Source: an uncultured Acidobacteriota bacterium (GTDB lineage Bacteria > Acidobacteriota > Thermoanaerobaculia > Multivoradales > UBA5704). Taken from it: 64,000 nucleotides of DNA. The translations under genes and the position numbers were made by a program. Positions 56,084 to 64,000 of the stretch are shown here, piece by piece. The notes below the pieces were generated by a model that saw only the letters and a list, made by a program, of their open reading frames with translations, was not told the origin of the DNA and did no database searches. Location: assembly GCA_963700145.1 (NCBI GenBank), contig OY969474.1, forward strand, positions 4,416,001 through 4,480,000, read 5' to 3'. The first letter of the stretch is position 1. Each line of letters starts with the position of its first letter.

Positions 56084-57739
56084 TCAGGGCTTCGAGGTCT
56101 TGTCTCGTCGCACGTACGCCAAGGGCAAGTTCATGTCGAAGCCTTGCTCGCTGTACGATGGGTGCTGTTCTCCTGCCGTCCCTTCCGGCACCTTTGCCCG
56201 GACGTAGTCGACCAGCTCGCTGGCCGTGATCACACCATCGGCAGGATTGTCGTCCGCGGAGCCGCCAAGTCCGAGGAGAATCGCATTTGTAAACACGCCA
56301 TGGGCGAGCGTCGCCATTTCCAGTGAGTTTTCGTGCGCCTGGCTCGCCGTCAGCACCAGCCGTCCTTTCTTCCTCGCCAGCACCTCGAGATACTTGTTGA
56401 AAAAGTTGAGATTCTTGCCGTTATTCACGCCGCCTCGGTCCAGCACGGCGCCGCTGTGGCAGGTGTCGGCAATTACCACGATGCGCTGAGAGCGGATGGT
56501 GTAGTCCATGACGTTGCCCAGGTCCCACATCGGGATTGCCGTTCCCCCCAGATTCCCGACATCGGAGTCGTGAGCCAGGAAGAAGAAATTATCGGGGTTG
56601 CTCGAATCCTGCACGCCGTGTCCCGCCAAAAAGATCAGGACCAGGTCATCCGGTTGCGTTCCAGCCAGGAAGCTGAAGAGCGCCGTGCGGATTCCCTGGT
56701 GGGTCGCGCGCTGGTCGCTGAGGAATTGCACCCGGTCGGGGCGGAAACCTCCTTTCTCGGTCAGGAAATCGCGGATGGCCTGAGCGTCACGGTCGGCATA
56801 CCGGAGGTCGAGGTCGTCCGCCAGATAATCGGAAATTCCAATGACGACCGCCCACTTCTCGCCGGCCACCGCGGTGGGCGCGCTGGGCGCTCGCCGGTAG
56901 ATCCTGTAGATGCTGCGGGAGAGGACTGTGTAACCGTGCACCACCTCGACGTCCAACCGGTTCTGCCCCAGCTCGAGCTCCACGCTGCCCTCCAACGTCG
57001 GCAGGCTCTTGTCGCCAACTTTCACTCCTCTGGCGCCGGATCCACCACTCCAACTGCCGATGGAGAAGGTTCTCTCGACGCCCTCCTCGCCTGCCCAGTT
57101 GACCCGTAGCGACACCGATTCCTCGCGGTGGGGAAAGCGCGCTTGGAGGAAGACCCGCCTGGCCGTCGTGACGCCCTTGTCGAGCCTGCTCAGCCGACCA
57201 TCCTCGAGCTCTTCGAGCACCACCACGCCCTCCGTGCCCATCTCCGCCCGTGCCAGGGAGCCGTCGCCGCCTGCGAGGCGCTGGTGCGTCTGCCAGGCCT
57301 GCGGCTCCTTGGGCGGCGCGATGACCCATCTGGCGTACAGCGGATCGGCCCCGGGTTTGGGCACGACCTTGATCTCCAACGTGTTGTCCGCCGCGTTCAG
57401 GGCGTAGTGCCTTCCCTGGTGGAGCGAGAGATCGATGTCGCAGAGCACTTCGTCCTGGCGAGCCCTGATCGTCTGGACGAGCCCGGTGCCGATGGTGTTG
57501 ATCTTCGGAAACGCCTGATGGACCCGGAGCAACGGGATGTGCAGGACGAGGCGCCGGATTTTCTCGGGCTCGGGGACGCGCAGGACTCCTGGCGCATATC
57601 TCCGCTCGCCGAGCTCCGGCAGCTCGAGCTGGATACCGCCCGGCGGGAGCGTCGCTTCGACACCCTCGCCGGGAGTGGTGGAGACCCACAGCCAGAACAG
57701 CGCCGTTCCCAGCAAGGCGATCCGGGTTGCGGTTCGCAA
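56084..57739 (-). CDS. Exported caspase-family (C14) protease with N-terminal beta domains
   Basis: KWAVVIGISDY, LRYADRDA, FLAGHG (His), ADTCHSG (Cys), HGVFT, DGVITASEL, QHP. Confidence 0.9.
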   Translation of the reverse strand: MRTATRIALLGTALFWLWVSTTPGEGVEATLPPGGIQLELPELGERRYAPGVLRVPEPEKIRRLVLHIPLLRVHQAFPKINTIGTGLVQTIRARQDEVLCDIDLSLHQGRHYALNAADNTLEIKVVPKPGADPLYARWVIAPPKEPQAWQTHQRLAGGDGSLARAEMGTEGVVVLEELEDGRLSRLDKGVTTARRVFLQARFPHREESVSLRVNWAGEEGVERTFSIGSWSGGSGARGVKVGDKSLPTLEGSVELELGQNRLDVEVVHGYTVLSRSIYRIYRRAPSAPTAVAGEKWAVVIGISDYLADDLDLRYADRDAQAIRDFLTEKGGFRPDRVQFLSDQRATHQGIRTALFSFLAGTQPDDLVLIFLAGHGVQDSSNPDNFFFLAHDSDVGNLGGTAIPMWDLGNVMDYTIRSQRIVVIADTCHSGAVLDRGGVNNGKNLNFFNKYLEVLARKKGRLVLTASQAHENSLEMATLAHGVFTNAILLGLGGSADDNPADGVITASELVDYVRAKVPEGTAGEQHPSYSEQGFDMNLPLAYVRRDKTSKP

Positions 57740-57754
57740 GGGAAGGACCTCCCT

Positions 57755-59245
57755 CTAATTTTTGGGCTGCCGTTTCTCTGCCGGCTGGACTTTCCCGTCG
57801 ATTTTCGCGTCCCCCATGAGCTGGTACGGTACGTTGGAGCTGACGTTGTTGACCTTGTACGCGATCCAGCTAAGGTCGCCGGTCAGATCGAGGTAGTCGT
57901 AGACGAACCGCATTTCGGGCGGCAGAGTGCCGCCCATGTTGCGCTGGTAGAGAACGACGTAGCTCTTGAGCGCCCTCTGGATCTCCGGGTAGCGCTGAGG
58001 ATCCTCGCGGCTGAGCAGCTCGACAGCGTACTGGAGATAGACCTCGGGAAAGCGATGGCGTACCTCGTCGAACTCCAGCGCCGACTTGAGGTAGCTCGCG
58101 GCTCGGGCGACGTCCTCGTCGCTGCGGCCCACCGTCCGGTAGAGCACCCCGAGACCGTACATAGTGAGCGGATCGTCCGTGCGCACGGAGGCTGCCTCCT
58201 CGAGATTCGCACGGGCGATGACGAAGAGGTCCCTCTCCAGAGCCAGCAGGCCGTTGTCTCGTTTGAGCTCCGCCATGAGCTGGCTGTAGCGCGGCGAGGA
58301 CATCCTGAATCCATTGCCGCCGAGGATGCGGGCGACGACCTGCTGGTAGGGGCCGCCGAGGAGCTCCTTGACCTTGTCGGAGCGCTGAGGAAGGTCTTCG
58401 GCATTCCCGAAGGCCAGCTCGACGGCCGCGCCGCTGCGGCGGACGATGTCGCCGACCTTCGCCATGAGGGTCGGTGCCTCTCGGGCATCGAAGCCGTGCT
58501 GCAGCAGAGCCTGGGTGGCGAACTCATCGGACTCTAGCTGGATGCTCCTCAGGAAACGGTGATTCCGGAAGGCTGCAGCGATGCTGACTCCGATATGAGC
58601 TCCTCCCAACCCGACCAAGCTCCCTTGAAGGATGTCTTGCTTGCCGCCCACGATGCCGCCGGCCACGGCACCTGCCACCGTTCCGATCATCCGGATCCGG
58701 TCGGCCCTCTTCTGCGCCTTCTCCTCCTCGATGATCTGGTTGAGGTGATGAGAGAGAAAAACGTGACCCGCCTCGTGCATGAGCAGGAAAGCCAGCTGCG
58801 ACTCGTTGTCGAGAAGCGAGATCATTCCTGTGCTCAAGTAGACCGTGCCGGTCGCCAGGGTGTCGGCGTAGGGGAGAGGGTCCTCGACGATCTTGAAGCT
58901 GACGAAGATGTTCTCCGAGGCCTCCCGCGGGATGAGCGACTGCCCCAGCCGGTTGACATAGGCCTGGAGGCTGGGATTGGGGTAGAGCCTGGGGCGGACC
59001 TCGCTCCGATTCCGCGTCTCGGCGGTCTGCGAGTCCTCCATCACCAGCTGAACCCAGCGATCCTTGGCTCTTTCCTGCATCTCGCTCTTCAGGCTGCCGA
59101 GCATCGTTAGCGGATCGCGCTCGTGCAGAAGGGAGCCAAGATCGAGCGTTGTGCTGACTTGGCCAAGCACTCTTGCCGGCGCGACGAGCAGGAGGGATAC
59201 GACTGCCAGAGTGAGGATTGCTTGCCGTCCATGTCTCATGGGCAT
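57755..59245 (-). CDS. Exported M48-family zinc metalloprotease with a TPR-like C-terminus
   Basis: LQAYVNRLGQSL, ESQLAFLLMHEAGH (HExxH), ELESD-like QLESD; AAAGGAG RBS before ATG 59245. Confidence 0.85.
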   Translation of the reverse strand: MPMRHGRQAILTLAVVSLLLVAPARVLGQVSTTLDLGSLLHERDPLTMLGSLKSEMQERAKDRWVQLVMEDSQTAETRNRSEVRPRLYPNPSLQAYVNRLGQSLIPREASENIFVSFKIVEDPLPYADTLATGTVYLSTGMISLLDNESQLAFLLMHEAGHVFLSHHLNQIIEEEKAQKRADRIRMIGTVAGAVAGGIVGGKQDILQGSLVGLGGAHIGVSIAAAFRNHRFLRSIQLESDEFATQALLQHGFDAREAPTLMAKVGDIVRRSGAAVELAFGNAEDLPQRSDKVKELLGGPYQQVVARILGGNGFRMSSPRYSQLMAELKRDNGLLALERDLFVIARANLEEAASVRTDDPLTMYGLGVLYRTVGRSDEDVARAASYLKSALEFDEVRHRFPEVYLQYAVELLSREDPQRYPEIQRALKSYVVLYQRNMGGTLPPEMRFVYDYLDLTGDLSWIAYKVNNVSSNVPYQLMGDAKIDGKVQPAEKRQPKN

Positions 59246-59444
59246 CACTCCTTTGGGCGTTACGGTTAGCAGCCGCGGCATTCGCTCGGCAGCGACTTCC
59301 TCATAGAGACAGCATCGCAACCAAAATGTTCGAGCGCATTCCGGCGATCGAGATGCGCGCGGAAGATCCTGCCAGGAGGCTCGCAGCCGATCAGCCGGGG
59401 GATTGAGCTACGTGACCGGGGCGAACGACGCGGGCTGAGGTTCA

Positions 59445-59975
59445 CTCGCCCCGGCGGCGGGGATGCGCTCCCCGGAAGGTGGGGAGACTGTCCGCGGCCT
59501 TCGGACAGGCGGTACGGCGTCGGGAACAAGCGTTCCGGTGGGCGGAACACGCGGGAAGACGCCCGGGGAGTGCACCCCGGCCGTTGGGGCAAGCGTACCG
59601 GCGTGCGGGATGCACCCCCCGGCCGCGCGGATGCACCCCCCGGACGCTGGGGAGACTGCACGCGGCCTTTGGGCAAGCGGTACGGCGCCCGGGGCAAGCG
59701 CCCAGAGAGGAAAAATGCACGGGAAAACGCCGGGGTGGTGCATCCCCGGCGTCGGGGCAAGCGTCCGGGCGAGGGAAATGCACCATTTCTTTCTCCGGAT
59801 GCACCATTTTCCCGCCAAAACGACCTCCGACCCTGCGGGGGAGGCCTTCGGAGCCTTCGGGGAGGCCGTACGGACGCTCGGATGGTGCATCCCCGGGCCA
59901 AAATGGTGCATAAACCCTTCGGGGGAGCTTGTACCAGGCGTTTTCTGGTGCATCCCCGGCCCTCGGTGGTGCAAA
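59445..59975. repeat. Degenerate array with strict 21-bp periodicity, including a 168-bp (8x21) internal duplication
   Basis: TGCAC at 59611/59632/59716/59779/59800 and CAAGCG at 59527/59590/59674/59695/59758 all share one phase mod 21. Blocks starting at 59461 and 59629 are homologous. Confidence 0.85.
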
Positions 59976-59977
59976 AC

Positions 59978-62872
59978 TCACGAAGTGCCGGTTTGAGCCG
60001 GCGCCTCGGCAAGGCGCCGCTCGAGCCAGGCGACCTCCCGCTCGCGGCGGCCGTAGCCGCAAGCGCGGACAAGCTCGCCAGCGCGGTCGAGGTGGCGGCG
60101 GGCGGCGGCGAGGTCGCCGGTGGCGAGATGGAGGCGGGTCCACTCCAGGTGAGCGTCGGCCTCGAAGAGGCGCATCGAGCCGCGCTCGGTGATCTCTTGG
60201 GCCTCGCGGAGGTCGGCCGCGGCGGCAGGGAAGTCGGCGGCCAGGCGGCGGAGGGCGGCGCGGGCGAGGAGGCCATGTGCGAGATAGTCCTCCTGGCCGG
60301 CCTGCCGCAGCCCGTCAACGGCCCGGTCAAGGTGCTCCGCGGATTGGCGGAAGTCCGGCGACGTGGCGGGCGTCGTCAGCGCCAGACCGAGGTGAGCGCG
60401 GCCGAGGGAAAGGTGATCGAGGGCGATGTCGATTACCGAATCGCTCGGAAGACGCCAGTTGAAGAACTGCTCAGCCCGCTCCCGCACCTTCTCGGCAGCC
60501 TCCCGGTACCGCGCTTCCACCCCCTCCAGCCCCGCCCCGTCCTCCGGCTCCGCCCAGCCGAGCAGGAGGTCGCAGTACCGATAGCCCTGGAACGAGTAGA
60601 GCCGCGGATACTGCGGCTGCATCTCCGCCTGCATCGTCTCGGCCTCGCGGAAGGCCGCCGCGCTCTCCTCCCACCGGCCCGCCTGGTGCAGGGCATCGGC
60701 CAGCGTCGTCCGATTGATCATCCGCTGGCCGGCATCGCCGCTGCGGTCGGCCAGCTCGACGCTCTCCTCACCGGCCGCCACGGCGTCGGCCACCTCGCCC
60801 AGGGTGAGGGTCAACTCGCTGAAATTGCTGGCGGAGATGGCGGCGTTCTCCCAGTTCTTCTCGGCGATGCGGGCCTCCAACCCCGCCCGCATCGGCTGGA
60901 CCGCTTCCGGCAGGCGCCCCAGGGCGCGAAGGTCATAGCCGGCCTCGTTCAAGAGCCACGCCCGGTCCTGCGCGGTAAGCCGGGTGGACGGCTGGTCCCA
61001 GGGACGATCGAAGAAGGCGGCCAGGGCCGTCAACTCGGCGCCGAGGGCCCCGAGCTTCCTCGTGCTGAAGAACTCGTTCCCGCGCATGATCCGCTGCTTA
61101 TACACCTCGTCGCATGCTCCCTGCTCCCGTCCCGCCCGACAGCCATGGACCACCGCGACGTAGAGCGGCAGCATCGCCGCGAGGGTCTCCGGATACTCCG
61201 GCGCCGCCTTCTTGTAGTGCTCATAGAGCCGCTCGTTCCCCGCCCGCCATGCCTCCGGCGCCTCCTGCCGCAACCGCTCCCCGAAGTGCTCGCGCACGAG
61301 CGGATGGGCGTCGAGGGCGCCCTGATCCCGGACGTCGCCGTCCTCGGACGCCGCCACCAGCCGCGCCTGCCGCAGGCGCGCCAGGGCGAGGTTCCACGCT
61401 TTTCCCTCGCCAGCGCCGATCCCCTCCGTCAGCACCGGGATCGCCGGCGCCGCCCGCAGCGCCGCGAGCGCCTTGGCCTCGGCCGGCCGGTCGAAGAGCC
61501 CGAGCAGGCGGAGCACCTGGAGCTCTGGGCCCGATCCGAACCACCGCTCGTAGGAGGCCATCACGTTCTTGGCGTGCTCGCCGCCCTCGATCCCCTCGTC
61601 GAGCACGGCGGCCTCCCAGCGCCGGCGGACGTCGCCGCCGCAGACGTCCCGCAGGTAGGTGCCGAGGAGAGTCAGGGCCAAGCCGTGACCCCGGAGCTCC
61701 TCCGACGCCGCCCGCAGCTCCTTGTCCGAGCCCTCGACCCCGAGCCTCTTCAGCAGCTCCGCCCCGGCCGGCGCCGGCAGCTCGTCGAGGTCCACCGCCT
61801 CCACCTCCGCGCGTCCGGCGACGTCGGTCACCGCCAGGCGGCTGGTGATGACGCAGAGCCCGGGGTTCTCCGCCGCCAGCTCCTTGACCAGCGCCTGCAC
61901 CGCCGGGTCCTTGATCCGCCCGGTCTGCGCACCCGGCGGGTGCTGGAGCGGCTCAAGTCCGTCGAGCACCAGGAGCGTCCGCGCTTCGCGGACAAGTCCG
62001 GCGAGCACCTCCCCCTTCTTCCACGGCGAGGTGATCGGCTCGCCCTTGTAGCCCAGCCAGTCGAGCGCGTACTCGCTGAACGCTTCGCTCGAGGCCCCGG
62101 CAGCCTGGGTTCCCTGGCTGTAGAACGACCACCCGAGCACCCTCTCCGCCCCCCGCCAGCCGTCTCGCTGCATTCCATCGAGCCAGCGGTTCACCAGCGC
62201 CGACTTCCCGGCCCCGCCCAGAGCGACGAAGCTGATGACATTGGTGTCGCCTGCCCAGGCGGCGTCGAGGTGGGCGAGCTCGTCTTCGCGGGCGACGAAA
62301 GTCGGGCCGGTCGAGGGGAGCTTGGCGGTTGAGATGCGCGGCGGCGCCGGTGCTGCCTTGGGGCGGCTTCGCGGAGGCCGCTCTCGCACGGGGCCCACCG
62401 GCGGCTCTACTACATCGGGCTGATCCGTCAGGCGGCGAAGGAGCGCGTCGTAACCTTCTGCGGTGGCAACCCTGTACTTCGGAAAATCACGGAGGAACAC
62501 GGGGATGTGCTCGGCGTCCGACGCATCGAAGATGACGGGGATGAACTTCGTGTTGCGCAGGGCGGCCTCGTAAAGCGCTTGGCTGATGATCGCGCCTTCC
62601 CAGGCCACGCCCAGCCCTTTGCCCGGCTCCTCTCGCCTGCGGAGCCGCCGCTCGTACGTGTCCGTCGCCACCACTAGTACGAAGTCGGCCGCGTCAATCT
62701 GATCCTCCATCCAGAGCCGCCAGCCCTGTTCAGGGACGACTACATACAGATCGAGGCGAGCGTCTAGCCCGTCGCCACGCAACCGATCCGCCAACCCGAG
62801 CACGCGCTCGCCATGGGCGGGGTTGCCCGCCTCATGGGCATAGCTGATGAACACCCTCGCCGACCGCGCCAT
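59978..62872 (-). CDS. SEFIR/TIR - STAND NTPase - TPR protein (NLR-like)
   Basis: VFISYAH...LADRLRGDG...ADFVLVV...GVAWEG; FVARE, GGAGKS, LLVLDGLE, ITSR, GHGLALTL; C-terminal TPRs. Confidence 0.87.
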   Translation of the reverse strand: MARSARVFISYAHEAGNPAHGERVLGLADRLRGDGLDARLDLYVVVPEQGWRLWMEDQIDAADFVLVVATDTYERRLRRREEPGKGLGVAWEGAIISQALYEAALRNTKFIPVIFDASDAEHIPVFLRDFPKYRVATAEGYDALLRRLTDQPDVVEPPVGPVRERPPRSRPKAAPAPPRISTAKLPSTGPTFVAREDELAHLDAAWAGDTNVISFVALGGAGKSALVNRWLDGMQRDGWRGAERVLGWSFYSQGTQAAGASSEAFSEYALDWLGYKGEPITSPWKKGEVLAGLVREARTLLVLDGLEPLQHPPGAQTGRIKDPAVQALVKELAAENPGLCVITSRLAVTDVAGRAEVEAVDLDELPAPAGAELLKRLGVEGSDKELRAASEELRGHGLALTLLGTYLRDVCGGDVRRRWEAAVLDEGIEGGEHAKNVMASYERWFGSGPELQVLRLLGLFDRPAEAKALAALRAAPAIPVLTEGIGAGEGKAWNLALARLRQARLVAASEDGDVRDQGALDAHPLVREHFGERLRQEAPEAWRAGNERLYEHYKKAAPEYPETLAAMLPLYVAVVHGCRAGREQGACDEVYKQRIMRGNEFFSTRKLGALGAELTALAAFFDRPWDQPSTRLTAQDRAWLLNEAGYDLRALGRLPEAVQPMRAGLEARIAEKNWENAAISASNFSELTLTLGEVADAVAAGEESVELADRSGDAGQRMINRTTLADALHQAGRWEESAAAFREAETMQAEMQPQYPRLYSFQGYRYCDLLLGWAEPEDGAGLEGVEARYREAAEKVRERAEQFFNWRLPSDSVIDIALDHLSLGRAHLGLALTTPATSPDFRQSAEHLDRAVDGLRQAGQEDYLAHGLLARAALRRLAADFPAAAADLREAQEITERGSMRLFEADAHLEWTRLHLATGDLAAARRHLDRAGELVRACGYGRREREVAWLERRLAEAPAQTGTS

Positions 62873-62966
62873 TCGGAGGTTCTCCAGCATTGAGCGTAGC
62901 ACTGGCGCTTACCGCTCACCGCTCATGGAAGAATCACGACCGCCGTCATTCCCGGAGGACTCCCAT

Positions 62967-63395
62967 ATGGCTACACCGAACATCGCCGCGAAGTGGATCA
63001 GTTGGGCCCCGCGGCTCCTCAGTGTGCTCCGCATCGTGGCCGCGTTCATCTTCATCCCGTCGGGCACGATGAAGCTCTTCGCCTTCCCGGCGGGGATCCC
63101 CGACGGCGGCACCGTGCCGTTGCTGTCGCAGATGGGGATCGGCGCCCTCATCGAGGTCGTCGGCGGCGCCTTGCTCCTCGTCGGGCTCTTCACGCGCCCC
63201 GTCGCGTTCATCCTGAGCGGCGAGATGGCGGTGGCCTACTTCCAGTTCCACTCTCCGCAGAGCTTCTGGCCGACCATCAACCAGGGCATCCCCGCGGCGC
63301 TCTTCTGCTTCGTCTTCCTCTACATCTCCTCCGCCGGCCCGGGACCTTGGAGCCTGGACGCGGCGCTGAGGAAGAAAGCCCCGCCGCCTGCATGA
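62967..63395 (+). CDS. DoxX-family membrane protein
   Basis: LSVLRIVAAFIF...GLFTRPVAFILSGEMAVAYF...GPGPWSLD; GGAGG RBS. Confidence 0.9.
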   Translation: MATPNIAAKWISWAPRLLSVLRIVAAFIFIPSGTMKLFAFPAGIPDGGTVPLLSQMGIGALIEVVGGALLLVGLFTRPVAFILSGEMAVAYFQFHSPQSFWPTINQGIPAALFCFVFLYISSAGPGPWSLDAALRKKAPPPA

Positions 63396-64000
63396 CGGAC
63401 CTCTCCGCGCCCGTCGCGCCCGTGCCCTCGGCTGTCGGCGAGCTGCCCGTTCCGGCGGCGCCGCCGGAGAAGCGTCGCTACGACCGCTCGATCGTCGAGG
63501 GCCCGCTACGGCCCGCGGTGTGGAAGATCGCCTGGCCGACGATGCTGACCAACATCGTCGGCGGGCTCCAGGGCATCGTCGATCACGTGCTGGTGGGGAA
63601 CCTCGTCGGCTTCACGGCCAACGCGGCGATCGGCGTCGCCTGGCAGATCTTCCTCATCGTCATCATCTTCATCACGTCGCTGTTCACCGGGATGAGCGTG
63701 CTCGTGGCCCGGTTCGCCGGGGCCGGCGACGAAGACAAGGTCAACCGCACCGTCTACCAGGCGTTCCTGACCGCCATCGGGATCTCGCTCGGCATCATGG
63801 CGCCGATCGGTTACTTCCTGTCGCCGTGGCTGCTCGATCTGGTGAACGCCGCGCCCGCGGTGCAGGCGGAAGCGCTGCCGTTCCTGCGCATCATGTTCGT
63901 CTTCAGCAGCGGCATGCTGGTCTACTTCATGCTGAGCGGCGCCCTGCGCTCCGCCGGCGACGCGCGGACCCCGATGATCCTCGGCGTCACCATGACGGTG
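63392..64000 (+). CDS. MATE-family efflux transporter (partial, runs off the right edge)
   Basis: Manual translation: EGPLRPAVWKIAWPTMLTN...VDHVLVGNLVG...ALRSAGDARTPM; ATGA overlap with doxX. Confidence 0.9.
   Translation, partial: MTDLSAPVAPVPSAVGELPVPAAPPEKRRYDRSIVEGPLRPAVWKIAWPTMLTNIVGGLQGIVDHVLVGNLVGFTANAAIGVAWQIFLIVIIFITSLFTGMSVLVARFAGAGDEDKVNRTVYQAFLTAIGISLGIMAPIGYFLSPWLLDLVNAAPAVQAEALPFLRIMFVFSSGMLVYFMLSGALRSAGDARTPMILGVTMTV

Noticed and set aside
59445-59975. CRISPR array
   Set aside because: There is no constant repeat with unique spacers, the period is only 21 bp, and no cas genes lie nearby.
59408-59996. Protein-coding calls for the MHH/WCI ORFs on either strand
   Set aside because: Several frames are open because of the stop-poor 21-bp repeat. 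No convincing RBS or preferred frame, so coding is unsupported though not excluded.
8577-62332. Very long alternative ORFs (e.g. 8577..11765-, 14107..17655-, 25822..29586-, 35053..38844-, 59570..62332+)
   Set aside because: These are antisense or shifted shadows of well-supported genes, with Arg/Gly/Pro-rich composition typical of stop-poor GC-rich DNA.
1-64000. tRNA, rRNA, IS/transposase, integrase or prophage genes
   Set aside because: I recognised no cloverleaf, rRNA signature, DDE/recombinase motif or phage structural gene by eye. A covariance or HMM search would be needed to exclude them fully.

Overview
Very GC-rich bacterial DNA. Gene content (CHAT/ECF modules, PA2778/PA2779, DUF5916, VPS10/BNR propellers) suggests Acidobacteriota, possibly Thermoanaerobaculia; this is inference. 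Most long ORFs in the track are GC-rich shadow frames, so many starts were re-called by hand. (1) 1-22974 is a Wza/Wzc/CpsB polysaccharide export locus with two O-antigen-ligase-family genes and a priming sugar transferase. Embedded in it are a complete lasso-peptide cassette (cyclase, a 70-aa precursor the ORF track does not call separately with predicted core GGTPGVGDSGDPVNFDPPQP, HPr-like kinase, RRE, B2 protease), a nucleotidyltransferase, a large Cys-rich C25 (gingipain/PorU-like) protease and SARP plus LuxR regulators. This is the best candidate for an undescribed system: a tailored lasso peptide coupled to surface glycan. (2) metF ... SAM-I/IV riboswitch, metH. (3) An ECF sigma / zinc anti-sigma / small peptide / exported CHAT protease module. 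(4) Hydrolases, tandem signal-peptide-bearing PIMTs, and a frameshifted C39-TPR peptidase with two PA2779-like genes. (5) An exported M48 + caspase pair, an approximately 530-bp degenerate array with strict 21-bp periodicity, and a SEFIR/TIR-STAND-TPR protein. I saw no rRNA, tRNA, CRISPR array or transposase. All family assignments come from motif recognition, not database searches.
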